The position numbers were made by a program, and so were the translations under genes. The notes beneath the pieces were generated by a model that saw only the letters and a program-made list of their open reading frames with translations, had not been told where the DNA came from and ran no database searches. Below are positions 13,656 through 26,734 of a DNA stretch of 64,000 nucleotides, one piece after another. Source of the stretch: Chiloscyllium plagiosum (taxonomy: Eukaryota); NCBI RefSeq assembly GCF_004010195.1, contig NC_057719.1:1505736-1569735 (forward strand). The letters are read 5' to 3'. How positions within the stretch are numbered: position 1 is the first letter of the stretch; each line of letters begins with the position of its first letter.

Positions 13656-15049
13656 ATTTCCCATCAACCAGTGATCCAAACTGCAATATCTCCCACAATC
13701 CCATTCCTCCACATTTTGTGCAATAGCCTACTGTGGGGAACCTTATCGAACGGCTTGCTGAAATCCATATACACCACATCAACCGGTTTACTCTCATCTA
13801 CCTATTTGGTCACCTTCTCAAAGAACTCAATAAGGTTTGTGAGGCACGACCTACCCTTCACAAAACCATGCTGACTATACCTAATCAAATTTATTTTTTT
13901 CTAGATGATTATAAATCCTATCTCTTATAACCTTTTCCAACACTTTACTAACAACTGAAGTAAGGCTCACTGGTCTATAATTACCAGGGTTGTCTCTACG
14001 CCCCTTCTTGAACAGGGGAACCACATTTGCTATCCTCCATGTCTTATGGCACTATTCCTGTAGACAATGATGATTTAAAGATCAATGCCACAGGCTCGGC
14101 AATTTCCTCCCTGGCTTCCCAGAGGATCCTGGGAAGTCCATCCAGCCCAGGTGACTTATCTATTTTCACACTCTGCAGGATTTCTCATACCTCTTCCTTG
14201 TGAACTTCAATCCCACCCAGTCTAGTCGCCTGTATCTCAGTATTCTCCTCAACAACATTGTCATTTTCTGGTGTGAATGAGGAGAGACTGGATTGGTTAG
14301 GATTGTAATGACTGGAGTTTAGAAGAATGAGGCAGATATCTCCTAGGAACCTATAAAATTCTAACCGGGCTTGACAGGGTAAAGAAGGGTCTTCCGAATG
14401 ACTGAGAAGTCTAGAGTATGGGGTTAGTCTGAGATATTCGGGACAGAGATGAGGAGAAATGTCTTTACCCAGAGAGTGGTGAGCCTGTGGAATTCTCTGC
14501 AAGACAAAATGGTTGAGGCAAAAATATTGAATGTTTTCAAGGAGGATCCAGTTGTAATTCTTTTGGCTAAATGGGCTAAGGTTAGGAGAGAAAAGGGGAA
14601 CATGATCATGTGTTTGATCAGCCATGACCCGTATTGAATGACAGAGCAGGCTTGAAAGGCCAAATGTACATTCCTGCTCCTATATTGTGTGTTTCTATCT
14701 CCATTAGCTTTCTTTCTCCCAGCACCATTAGCTCAATATGCTCTTGCGAAAGGAAAATACTGCAAACGGTGAAAATATGAAATGAAAACAGGTGAGTGAA
14801 AGAGCTCACAATTCAGAAAATGTTAGGTGCTGTAGCAGTTTGGAAGCGAGAACAGACTGGGGGTAGGTAAAGGAGAAGACAGGGGTTGTCAATGATCAGG
14901 TTGACAGCAGGAAAGAATTGAGTTTTGATGAGGTGCAAGGAAAGAATTAATAGTGCTGGGATAAGTCTTGTTGTAAGAGGAAAGGGTTATCTTTCTATTC
15001 CTTCTATTGTATTGCTATAATACCTCTGACCTTCAACTTTTACCTCAGT

Positions 15050-16570
15050 CCTTCTGTATACTGCGCACTTTACTTCCACTTTCCAGGATCTGTTACAGAC
15101 ATACATTTTTATTAATCTTTTTTAAAATCTACAAATAATCGAGTCCTCTGTGACCATTCTGAAAAAGGCATATTTATGTCTACACTCTGCTTTGTGTTAG
15201 CCAGCCAATCTTCTGTACGTGCCAATGTGCTACCCCCTACACCTCGAGATTTATTTTCTGTAATACTCTTTGATGTGGCACCTTATCAAATGCCTGCTAA
15301 AAAAAATGTAAGTCCAGTGTGTCCACTGGTTCCCCTTTGTCAACAGTACATGTTACTTCCTCGAAGACCTCCAAGAGGTTGACCAAATGTGGTTTTCCTC
15401 TCAAAACTGTGTTGACTTTGTCTGATATTTTGATCAGCTGGTTTTTCAGTGACACCAAGAGAATGGTTTGAATCCTATGCTGGCCCCACCTTCTAATCTC
15501 ACCCATTTCCTGAGGCATGGTGATCCTTGGCTTAAAATCACCACCAATCTTTACTTCATAAGAGAGCAGCCTCTTGGTCCTGTAGGACAATGATGATTTA
15601 CACTTTTATTTTTTCATCTTTAACTTGTCCAAGTGCACTGCTATAACCTGTTTAATAACAGCTTCTAATATTTTTCCTGTGATAGATGTTAAACTAACTG
15701 GCCTCTAATTGCTTTCTGTCTCCCTTTTTGAATAAAAGACATAGGGTCATACAGCAAAAGAAACTGACCCCTTCATCCAACCAGTCCATTACCATATTCC
15801 CAACCAAACTAACCCCACTTGATTGCATTTGGCTCATATCCCTTCAAACCTTTCCTATTAATGTACTTGTCAAAATGTCTTTTAAATGTTATAACTGTAC
15901 CCCCATCCACCACTTCCTCTGGCAGTTCATTCCATAAATGGACCACTCTCTGTAAGAATTAGATTACTTACAGTGTGGAAACAGGCCCTTCGGCCCAACA
16001 AGTCCACACCGACCCGCCGAAGCGCAACCCACCCATACCCCTACATTTACCCCTTTAACCTAACACTATGGGCAATTTAGCATGGCCAATTCACCTGACC
16101 CGCACATCTTTTGGACTGTGGGAAGAAACCGGAGCACCCGGAGGAAACCCACGCAGACACGGGGAGAGTGTGCAAACTCCACACAGTCAGTCGCCTGAGT
16201 CGGGAATTGAACCCGGGTCTCCGGCGCTGTGAGGCAGCAGTGCTAACCACTGTGCCACCGTGCCGCCCACAAGAATGTTGTCCTTCGTGTCCTTTTGAAT
16301 TTTTCTTATCTCACCTTAAAAATATGCCCCTTGATTTTGAACTCCCCTATCTTAGGGAAAGTACTTTCGCTATTCATCCTATCTATGCCCTTTACTTTTG
16401 CTATCTTTCAATCTGATGGAACTGTCCCCTAAACAAGGGTATTTTGGAAAATTCAAACCAATAATGCATTAAATATCTCACTAGGCACTTAATTAAAAAC
16501 CTTGTGATGAAATCTGCTGGGACCTGGGCAGTTGTCAATGTGCAACTCCAGTAATTTACTCAGTACCACT
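15050..16570 (-). mobile_element. Nested CR1 fragments (old RT region plus a 3' end at about 15737-16390)
   Basis: Minus ORF LRGKPHLVNLLEVFEEVTCTVDKGEPVD; CR1 3' UTR at 15737-15950. Confidence 0.7.
15959..16268 (-). mobile_element. Near-intact HE1-type SINE
   Basis: gggcggcacggtggcacagtgg...ggttcaattccc, CpG-rich, (taatc)n tail; flanked by aagaat. Confidence 0.95.
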
Positions 16571-16709
16571 TTGGAGCCTTGAACCAGAATATTTCTCTGC
16601 TTTAGGAATGCATACTCATTTCTTGCTTTACAATGTCTTTACCCCACCTTCAAAATGGTGCCACATCTCCCCACTGAGGAGACGAAAAAAGATAAAATTA
16701 TTCACTCTT

Positions 16710-16930
16710 AGGATGTTAACATCGTTGGCAAGGTCAGCATTTAATGTCCATCCTTAATTGCCTTTGAGATGATGTGAGTTGTCTTTCTTGAATACAACCG
16801 TCACTTTGTAGTACATTTCAGAATTAGATGCATTATTGTGGTTCTGGAGTTATATGTTGGCCAGACATATGCTGCGGACAGAAGGTTTCCCTCCCTAAGA
16901 AATGTGAATGAACCTGCTGTGCGTTTACGA
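16710..16930 (-). mobile_element. SINE of the 10913 family (3' part)
   Basis: gttggcaaggtcagcatttaatgtccatccttaattgcc...ctggagttatatgttggccagac. Confidence 0.6.
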
Positions 16931-17671
16931 CATGGTGGTGAATGTGGGGAAACTAAACTGAACATGATATGAGTTATCTAATGAATAGCCTGTGTTTTTC
17001 TGCAACCATCCATAAGATCTACAATTATGATTCTCTTGCACACAGTTTATCTTGCTGTGGATACTGCGACATAACATCTAATGGGTGATCCTGATCCAGT
17101 GAAGGGAATAGAGACACAACAGTGGTTATTGGGCTGTTTGTATGGCAGTGCTTCCCCACTGAGATAGTCGAATAAGTAATTAATAACCAACTACAAGCAT
17201 TCGTTGATCAGCAACAGCTTTGCAATGTTGAGAGCAATGAAGTGAGCCTAAGTGTACCTAAATCCTCAGTGGAGAATTTCCTTTGATTGTCAAGGTATCT
17301 GACAAGCAGGAAATTCCAACATCCTGTTTAACGACAATTATTTCAGTGCTCATTACGTTTTCATTTATTGTAGCCCCATCATTGCTCAGTGAGATTTGAC
17401 CCAGGTTAAGTGGTGTAAACGTGAGGAGCTAGCTTAAATGCTGGTCTGCACATGTGTTCAGTGAGCATTAATGTAAAGTCACCTTTAAATGGAGGGACTT
17501 GCAGAGAAATCCACACTTGTAGAGTTGTTGGGTACTTATATGTATTCGGACCCAACACTTCAAGACCTGACTGCTACTCAATTGTTGACCACAGTGGCAC
17601 ATTTTTGTAAAATGAACTTGCAGTTGTCATGGGGCCATGGAAAGATTTGAAGACCAGAAAGATACTTTTAA

Positions 17672-18390
17672 TCGCTGAGCTAGAAGGTTCATTTTCAGAT
17701 GTTTCTTCACCATACCAGGGAACATCTTCAGTGAGCCTCCGGACAAAGCACTGCTGATGTTTCCTGCTTTCTGTTTATATGTTTGGGTTTCTTTGGGTTG
17801 GTGATGTCATTTCCTGTCCTTTTTCTCAGGGGATGGTAAGTGGGGTCCAAGTCAATGTGTTTGTTGATAGAGTTCCAGTTGGAATACCATGCTTCTAGGA
17901 AATCTCGTGCGCGTCTCTGTTTGGCTTGTCCTAAGATGGATGTGTTGTCCCAGTCGAAGTGGTGTCCTTCCTTATCTGTATGTAAGGATACTAGTGAGAG
18001 GAGGGTCATGTTGTTTTATGGCTGGTTGATGTTCATGTGTCCTGGTGGCTAGTTTTCTGCCTGTTTGTCCAATGTAGTGTTTGTTACAGTTCTTGCATGG
18101 TATTTTGTAAATCACATTAGTTTTGCTTGTTATCTGTAGGGTCTTTCAAGTTCATTAGCTGCTATTTTAGTGTGTTGGTGGGTTTGTGGGCTACCATGAT
18201 GCCAAGGGGTCTGAGTAGCCTGGCAGTCATTTCTGAGATGCCTTTGACATAGGGGAGAGTGGCTAGGGTTTCTGGACGTGTTTTGTTTGCTTGTTTGGGT
18301 TTGTTGCTGAGAAATTGGCAGACTGTGTTCATTGAGAACCTACATCCAGAACCTCAACCTGAGCTACAAGACTTCTCAAAACTCAGAAGT
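17672..18390 (-). mobile_element. Poseidon-type PLE 3' portion with inverted terminal piece
   Basis: Minus ORF HTDKEGHHFDWDNTSILGQAKQRRARDFLEAWYS; degenerate hammerhead ctgaagatg...gaaacatc near 17698-17732; cttttaa on both flanks. Confidence 0.85.
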
Positions 18391-20105
18391 CTTTTAAAAT
18401 TGAGATGTTATACAATACAGTACAGAACAGGAGCAGGCCCTTCAGTCCACCCAGCCTCTGTCAATTCCTATTCCTTATTTAGAGCCCCCAGTTATTGCCC
18501 ATGCTTGGCATTTATCTCTTTGTTCGCCTCACAATTCATGTGTCTATCAAGATATGCCTTAAATGTTACTAATGTGCCTGGCAGTGCATTCCAGGTACCA
18601 ACCACATTCTGAGTGAAAATTATTCCCTGCACTTCTTCCCTTAACCTTCCCCCTCTCACCTGTGCCATCTTGTAGTTGAACATTCCATCCTGGGAAAAAG
18701 CTTCTGACTATCCACTTTATTTATGTGTCTCATAATTTTGTAGACCTCTAACAGGTCACCCCTCAGTCTCAGCCTTTCCAGTGAAAACAATCCACGTTTA
18801 GCCAATCTCTCCTCATAGCTAAAACCCAGCAGACCAAACAACATCCTGGTAAACCTTCTCTGTACCATCTCCAAAGCATCTACGTCCTTCTGGTGATGTG
18901 GTGACCAGCCATGCACGCAGTATTCCAAATGTGTGACCTAACTGAAGTTTTACACAGTTGTAACATATCTTTCCAACTTCTTTATTCAGTGCCCCAGCTG
19001 ATGCAGGCAGGTTTGCTGTATGCCTTCTTGACCATCTTATCCACCTGTGTTGTCACTTTCAGTGATCTGTGGACCTGTACACTAAGATCCCTCTATATGT
19101 CAATTCCAAAAAGCACGCTTCCACCGCTGCTCTCTGTCATCTTTGACCAAGCCAGCTTTGTATCTGTCTAGCCAACTCAGCCCGGATCCCATGAGACTCT
19201 ACCTTCTGCAGCAGACTGCCATGAAGTGCAATACTAAAGTCCATGTAGACAATATCCACTGCCCTTTCCTCCTCGATTATTCTTGTCACCTTCTCAAAAA
19301 AACTAAATCAAATTGGTCAGGTGTGACCTTCCCTGCACAATTCCATGCTGCCTATCATTTGCTTCCAAATGTGAATAAATCCTGTCTGTCAGTAACTTCT
19401 CCAAGGGCTTCCCCACCACTGACATCAGGCTCATTGGCCTGTAATTTCCTGGATAATCTCTGTTTCCCTTTTGAAACAAAGGAACAACATTGACCATTCT
19501 CCAGTCCTCTGGAACCTCGCCTGAGGCCAAAGAGTATGCAAAGATGTCTGTTAAGGCCCTCGTTATATCCTCCCTTGCCGCCTACACTATCCAGGATAGA
19601 TCCCATCTGAGCCTGGGGACTCATCTATCTTAATGCACTTCAAGACACCAAACACTTCCTCTTTCATTTTGTTCAATTGGTTCTCCTTCATACACTGAGA
19701 GTATTCATGCACCTTTAACTCATTCCCAGGTATCTGTTGTTCTAACAAGTGTTTGGTCATTTGTCTTGGTTTTGGCTTGGTTTGAATTTTTGTTTGATTG
19801 GACTCCTATGAAGCACTCTGGGACATAGAGTCATAGAGATGTATAGCACAGAAAACAACCCTTCGGTCCAATCCATCCATGCTGATCAGATATCCGATAT
19901 CATATCAGACTCCCCCACTCCAGGTAAAAGACCTTGACTGTTTATCCTATCCATGCCCCTCATGATTTTATAAACCTCTATAAGGTCACCCCTCAGCCTC
20001 CGACACTCCAGAGAAAACAGCCCCAGCCTATTCAACCTCTCCTCATAGCTCAAACCCTCCAACCCTGGCAACATCCTTGTAAATCTTTTTGAACACTTTC
20101 AAGTT

Positions 20106-20880
20106 TGATGAAGTAACAAAGAGGGTTGATGAGGGCAGAGCAGTAGATGTGATCTGTATGGACTTCAGTAAGGCATTTGACAAGGTTCCCCATGGGAGAC
20201 TGATTAGCAAGGTTAGATCTCATGGAATACAGGGAGAACTAGCCATTTGGATACAGAACTGGCTCAAAGGTAGAAGACAGAGGGTGGTGGTGGAGGGTTA
20301 TTCAGATAAATGCGAGGTGCTGCATTTTGGGAAAGTAAATCTTAGCAGGACTTATACACTTAATGGTAAGGTCCTAGTGAGTGTTGCTGAACAAAGAGAC
20401 CTTGGAGTGCAGGTTCATAGACAAAGTCTTTTCCCTGGGGTCGGAGTGTCCAGAACTCGAGGGCGTAGGTTTAGGGCGAGAGGGGAAAGATGAAGAGCTT
20501 TTGCCCGAAACGTCGATTTTACTGCTCCCCGGATACTGCCTGAACTGCTGTGCTCCTCCAGCACCACTAATCCAGAATCTGGTTTCCAGAATCTGCAGTC
20601 ATTGTTTTTATCTAAAGATATAAAAGAGACCTACGGGGCAACTTTTTCACGCAGAGGGTGGTACGTGTATGGAATGAGCTGCCAGAGGATGTGGTGGAGG
20701 CTGGTACAATTACAACATTTAAGAGGCATTTGAATGGGTATATGAATTGGAAGGGTTTGGAGGGATACGGGCCGGGTGTTGGCAGGTGGGACTAGACTGG
20801 GTTGGGATATCTGGTCGGCATGGACGGGTTGGACCGAAGGGTCTGTTTCCATGCTGTACATCTCTATGACTACGACTCTT
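20106..20880 (+). mobile_element. CR1 LINE with internal deletions
   Basis: DEGRAVDVICMDFSKAFDKVPHGRL; full 3' UTR. Confidence 0.9.
20492..20613 (+). mobile_element. PLE terminus mini-insertion (family B)
   Basis: gaagagcttttgcccgaaacgtcg...gcagtcattgttttta; TSD aaagat. Confidence 0.85.
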
Positions 20881-22947
20881 AAGTTCCACAACATCTAATG
20901 CATCCTGTAAATTCAAGTTGTTGCTGGAAAGCTGCAGACTCCTGGTTAGTCATAAGTAGTCATAACCTCAACATTCCTCATGTCCATCTCTTTGGTGAAT
21001 ACCGACGTAAAGTATTAGTTAAGGATCTCACCCATTGCCTGTATATAACCTTCCTCCTTTTATCTTTGCGTGGGTCTACTCTTTCCCTAGCTACCCTGCT
21101 GTTCCTAACGTATGTGTAAAATGCCTTGTTTGATTGGGAGCTACTTATCATCCCCATTCAGGTTCTGGTCTGAACATTTATCTGGAAGCTGATGGGAAGA
21201 ATTCCTGGTTATGAGTGTATGATTAAAGAGCAATAGCCCACTCAGCCCCTTGAATCTGCTGTCCCATTCAATAAAATTGTGGCTGACCTGATTATTCCAC
21301 ATTCCCTCCTCACTGATAGCTTCCTGATAAGGTCACCGTTGCCCTAGAGTAAAATGGATTGCAGTAGTCATTACCCAGTCCAGAAGTTGGAGGCACCAAT
21401 GTGAACATATTTAGGGTGTTGCTCATTAATTTAAAGGCTGAAGAATAGCCTTTTGAGAACTTTGGATGTTTGCAGTGCCACTGTGAGAGATTGACATTGA
21501 AGCCCTAGCCTGCAAAATGTGTGTTCATTGTGTTGGGTTGTCAGTAAAATAGAGGTTGACACTGATCAGTGTTCTTTGTACTACCATGCTTGGTGTTAAT
21601 CCACATACATGGTGGTCCCTTGGGTGGCTTAACAAATAACAATTGGTGGGCATGTATCCCAGTGTGAATCAGCATCTTCAGCTGGGAGGACAATGTGTTT
21701 TACTGCAATATAGTATTCCTTTGAAGCACCTGAAGGGAGACAGCACTTGATTTTAAATGTTGTTTATTTTGTTGCTTTATGTAATGGCTATTTGTGTGTG
21801 TGGAATAGTAACAGCATTGTGTGTACTGTACATGCAGTCAGGTGCAAAGTGTCTCTGTGTATGTCTTGGTTCCAGTAACATGCTCTTGGTTTAACGGGAT
21901 GTAATCCCAGCTTCATTATAATTCATAGAACAGTTTGGTGAGCTATTATGCTGTATGGGCAATAAATTGCTCCACTTTACGTACTGAACACACCAGCACA
22001 ACTCACTCAACCTGTGCTTTTCTAGTCTCTGTCTTTAGCTGATTCTGAATCAATTCAGTAGACCTTCTGTGATGTGACCGCTTAGGTTAGATTAACTTAA
22101 TCCAATTATGTTACCTAAATATATAAAGTCACTAACCCTCTTGATTATATTTCACTCTGTAACTCATTCCCAAATATCTGTTGTTCTAACAAATGTTTGG
22201 TCATTTGGCTTGGTTTAAAATTTTGTTTGATTGCCCTCCTGTGAAGCACTCTGGGACATCTTACTGCATTAAATACATCCTATAAATTCAAGTTGTTGCT
22301 GGAAAGCTGCAGGCTCCTGGTTAGTCATAAGTAGTGCCCTGACATACTGTTCCCTTGCCTGACTGAGTATTGAATTACTGAATCTGTTTCTGGCTGATGA
22401 ATATTTCAACATCTATATGCGAGGTGCAAGTATTTTGAATCTTGAAGGTCCTAACATTCAAAGCATTTCAGTCAGAAGCTTTAAAGTGAAGGTGTTTTAC
22501 TGTATGAATTCTGCTTCCTCATGAGTTAATACACTTTATTTGTGTAAATCTAAATTACCAGGTTTTCCTGTTTGATTTTAATTGTTGGCCATCTCCACTG
22601 ACATACTTGAGTTCAACTAGACCGTGCACAATCTTGACCAAAGCTGCACTACAAACTACACAAAATTAACCCTTAGTAATATTCCTTACTCTCACTCTAA
22701 CATTGCCTGCCTCCGTTTCTGTGGTCCTAAACTCTTAATATTTGCTTTGCTGTGAACACACTCCTTGCTGTCTTTCCACTGTCCACAAACTCTTGTGGTT
22801 CTCTGACCTTACTCATAAATTCATCAGTGCACTTTCAAACTGTTCCCCAGTACTGCAGCTTCCTTGCACATGTTGGGGGGTGGAGGGGTTCCTTTCTTCC
22901 CTATCTTTCTCCCTCTCAACCATAGACATTTCAACCATCTTAGTCCG

Positions 22948-24190
22948 AGTCATAGTGATGTACAGCATGGAAACAGACCCTTCGGTCCAACTCGTCAATG
23001 CCGACCAGATATTCCCAACCCAATCTAGTCCCACCTGCCAGCACCTGGTCCTTATCCCTCCAGACACTTCCTATTCATATACCCATCCAGATGGCTTTTA
23101 AATATTGCAATTGTATCAGCCTCCATCACTTCCTCTGGCAGCTCATTCCATACACACACCACCCTCTGAGTGAAAATGTTGCCCCTTGGGTGTCTCTTAT
23201 ATCTTTCCCCTCTCACCCTAAACCTATGCCCTCTAGTTCTGGACTTCCCCACCCCAGAGAAAAGACTGTCTATTTATCTTATCCATGCCCCTCATGATTT
23301 TATAAACCTCTGTAAGGTCACCCCTCAGCCTCCGATGCTCCAGGGAAAATAGCCCCAGCCTATTCAACCTCTCCCTATAGCTCAAATCCTGGCAACATCC
23401 TTGTAAATCTTTTCTGAACCCTTTCAAGTTTCACAACATCTTTCTGATAGGAAGGAGACCAGAATTGCACACAGTACTCCAACAGTGGCCTAACCAATGT
23501 CCTGTACAACTGCAACATGACCTCCCAACCCCTGTACTCAATACTCTGACCAATAAAGGAAAGTATACCAAATGCCTCCTTCACTAGGAGAAAGTGAGGA
23601 CTGCAGATGCTGGAGATCAGAGCTGAAAGTGTTGCTGGAAAAGCGCAGCAGGTCAGGCAGCATCCATGGAGCAGGAAAATCGATGTTTTGGGCATGAGCC
23701 CTTTTTCAGGAAGGAGCCCTTCCTGAAGAAGGGCTCATGCCCGAAACGTCGATTCTTCTGCTCCTTGGATGCTGCCTGACCTGCTGCGCTTTTCCAGCAA
23801 TACATTTTCAGCCTCCTTCACTATCCTATTTACCCGCGACTCCACTTTCAAGAAGCTATGAAACTGCACTTCAATGTTTCTTTGTTCAGTAACACTCTAG
23901 GACCTTACCATTAAGTGTATAAATCATACTAAGATTTGATTTCCCAAAATGCAGCACCTCACATTTATCTAAATTAAACTCCATCTGCCACTTCTCAGCC
24001 CATTGGCCCATCTGATCAAGATCCCGTTTTAATCTGAAGTAACCTTCTTCATTGTACACTACAACTCCAATTTTGGTGTCATCTGCAAACTTACTAACTA
24101 TGCCCTTTATGCTCACATCCAAATCATTTACATAATTGACGAAAAGCAGTGGACCCAGCACCGATCCTTGTCACACTCCACTGGTCACAG
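22948..24190 (-). mobile_element. CR1 (HER1-like) LINE 3' 1.0 kb
   Basis: LGPLLFVNYVNDLD...SKFADDTKIG...WQMEFNLDKC (RT core FADD). Confidence 0.93.
23587..23810. mobile_element. PLE-derived hairpin mini-element (family A) with an intact hammerhead core in the right arm
   Basis: CTGAAGA(23723-23729)-a-GGGC-tcat-GCCC-GAAA-CGTC. Perfect TSD gcctccttcacta at 23574-23586 and 23811-23823. Confidence 0.92.
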
Positions 24191-24229
24191 TTTCACCTTG
24201 ATATATAAGACTCTATATAAGCAGGGTGA

Positions 24230-24565
24230 CAATGCTGTGTCAATAGTGTTACTAGACTCTAGTAATTAGACTCTAGATTAGTAATAAGTAATCGAGAGAT
24301 CCAAGTTAATGTCTTGCACCACTGATTCAAATCCCAGTAAGGACTTTAAATGTGATTTATCAAAGAGTGAAACTCAAATCAATGGTAGTAAAAAGCCCAC
24401 TTGGTTCATCCATGTCCATTAAAGAAAGAAGCTCTGCCTTCCTTACCTAGTATGGCCTATATACAACTCCAGATCAACAGCATGCCACTCAATTGCAGGG
24501 TGCTTAGAAATTGGCAAACAAATGCTTATAACAAGCAACTCTCAAATCCTATCAAAGAATGAAAT
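24230..24565 (+). mobile_element. Decayed SINE of the 10913 family
   Basis: gattcaaatccca; aagcccacttggttca...ccttaccta...caactccagatc. Confidence 0.6.
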
Positions 24566-24830
24566 GCAAATGTATGTGTGTAGGATTGGAGGGATTTAAT
24601 TCTCAATGTATTTGAAGTTGTAGCACAGCTGTCTCTGAGTTGGGATGCTGCAGGCTAAATGGTTTGAGTACATGTTAGGTGTGTTGTATTTTGGATGCAC
24701 AATTTAACAGAAGTCCAGATTATCACATCAGCATTTTAAAATTCCTGTGGCTCAAAATATGGAGAGGAGCAGAGAGATCTCCTGAGACCAATCTCCATTC
24801 CTCACTTGGGATCACCTTAAATAATCTAAC

Positions 24831-25645
24831 TTTTTTAATTGAAAAAATATACTTTATCCATAAAACTTACTTGTGTATATGCACAGGTATAAAATTACTT
24901 CTATACAATCTTTGCATATATGAAACAAATTGGAATTTTGCATTCTTGCAGTTACAACCAAAGGCATTTCCTCCTCATGTAGGATACCATTTACAGCCTG
25001 AGGCAGTGAGAGCATCTGATAATTGAATTAACCCTCATTTTACTTGGCAGAAAGAGTAGTCTTTCCCCAAGCTTTAGCGCATCCCTCCGTGTGGAGTGCT
25101 GGATATTGGAATGTGCCAGTTTGCAACACCAGGTTGAGGTCAGCTCTATACACTGGAATAACAGATAGTGTCTTTCATTGTTTTGATAGTCTTCCAGGTG
25201 CAGTCCACATTTGTCTCTGTGTGAATGCCAGAGAGCAGCACCAAGAGCACAGAGTGCTGAGTCATGCAGCTGCTCTCAACAACCTCGACAAAACTACTGT
25301 ATCTCTCTCCAGCCCTTCTTTGCAAAGACACATTCAAGAAGGAAATGTGTGACAGTCTCTACCCCTGCCCCCGAGCTGTTTCAAGGGCAGTGTGCAATGG
25401 CACAGGGCATGCAGATGTACATGAAGAATCTGACAGGTAATGCCTTTCTCACCACCAACCAAGCTATCTCTAGATGCTTGTTAGAAAGTTCTGATGATGA
25501 GACATTCTGCCAAATGGCTTTGACAGTATATTCAGGGAAGCACCCGACAGGATATAGCCCCACCTTTTCTCGCAGGGTCTCAAGGATATTACATGCTGAT
25601 CACTGCCTGAGGGATTTGTGGTCAAAGGCATTTTCCTCTTGCCCC
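24831..25645 (-). mobile_element. L1/Tx1-clade LINE 3' end
   Basis: Minus IWQNVSSSELSNKHLEIAWLVVRKALPVR...CP (zf-RVT-like); A-rich 3' end at 24831. Confidence 0.75.
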
Positions 25646-26264
25646 TAACTTAATTCAACTGCTGTTTGTGCAAATTTTAATATAAATATTTGAGTGCGGC
25701 ACATATATTTGCAGTTATATACATCTTATATACCACACATACATAAATACCAGTTTGGATTGCTCTAGGGTTAAAAATAGCACTTTTATATTCTCTATGT
25801 CTTAATTCCAAAAGGGACTAAAAGGCTTGCAAAATTTTTACAACTTGGGAAATTAATTTGCAAAATCAATGAAACGTGATTAGCTGGAAAGTGCAAGAGC
25901 TATATATTATTATATATTATACTGCATATATTATTCCTGTATTAGTCTACAATCTGTTATGGTGCTCATGTTCCCACTGACCAACAATGATGAGATATTG
26001 TCCCAGGTTCCTGCCCCACTTTGTGCTGGAACCAATGAATAATACAGTGTGTTTCCAAGGATGGAAGGGAAAATGAAGTTGCGTGTGCCATTGCACCCTT
26101 CTTGCATCCTTCCTAATGAATGACTCAAATGGTGGTCATGTATTGTTTGGAGTTGATCTGCTTGCCTCTCAGTGATAGCGTGCATGTGCATCATACTTTC
26201 AGCACAGTGAAACTTCCCAACCTCCCAAATGGGAAATGCTGTCACATGGTGTAACTGATCCGTG

Positions 26265-26604
26265 AATAGGATAAATAGACAAGGTTTTTTTTCCGTGGGG
26301 TGGGAGAATCCAGAGCGAGAGGGCAAAGGTTTAAGGTGAGAGGAGAAAGATGTAAAAAGCACCTCAGGGCAACTACTTCACTCAGAGGGTGGTACGTGTA
26401 TGGAATGAGCTGCCAGTGGAAGTGATGGAGGCTGGTACAATTACAACATTTAAAAGGCATCTGGATGGATATATGAATAGGAAGGGTTTAGAGGGGTATG
26501 AACCAAGTTCTTGCAAATGGGGCTAGATTAATTTAAGATATCTGGTTGGGCATGGACGTGTTGGACTGAATGGTCTGTTTCTGTGCTGTATATCTCTATG
26601 ACTC
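26265..26604 (+). mobile_element. CR1 3' end
   Basis: Collinear with 27530-27866. Confidence 0.9.
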
Positions 26605-26734
26605 AAAGTTTTATTGAGCAATTTGAGGATTGGAGAGATTTTTTCAACAAAAATTGATTTGATAATTTTGGTCACTAAGAAAATGTCAATATTTCTTGCC
26701 TCTATGCTTTCCTCAGTTCTACTTGATCTCCAGC

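Larger units (their letters stand above)
12233..14276 (-). mobile_element. CR1 (HER1-like) LINE, 5'-truncated, with internal deletions and insertions
   Basis: Minus ORF WAERWQMEFNADKCEVIHFG...[12 protein letters not shown]; tail repeat at 12233. Confidence 0.92.
11994..14700 (+). mobile_element. CR1 3' fragment split by later insertions (11994-12232 and 14277-14700)
   Basis: ttggtgagaccacacctggggtattgtgtgcag...gggggactga resumes as atgaggagagactgg; NVFTQRVVSLWNSL. Confidence 0.8.
19826..20896 (-). mobile_element. CR1 3' end split by a plus-strand CR1
   Basis: MLPGLEGLSYEERLNRLGLFSLE; ...ctttcaagtt resumes at aagttccacaacatct (20881). Confidence 0.85.
19717..20960 (+). repeat. Diverged copy of 22160-22336, split by CR1 insertions
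   Basis: 19717-19825 and about 20893-20960 align with 22160-22336 (taactcattccca...ggttagtcataagtagt). Confidence 0.85.
18410..21130 (-). mobile_element. CR1 LINE (18410-19670 and about 20975-21130) hosting nested insertions
   Basis: Minus ORFs GEVPEDWRMVNVVPLFQKG...NYRPMSL and EYCVHGWSPHHQKD. Confidence 0.88.

Noticed and set aside
16195..16268. tRNA gene
   Set aside because: The A/B boxes belong to a SINE head that continues into the V-domain and LINE-like tail.
19826..20880. Tail-out CR1 dimer as a single element
   Set aside because: The minus-strand CR1 resumes at 20881, so this is simple nesting.
21900..22160. Possible solo LTR (also about 6730-7400)
   Set aside because: No convincing TG...CA ends with a TSD and no second copy in the window.
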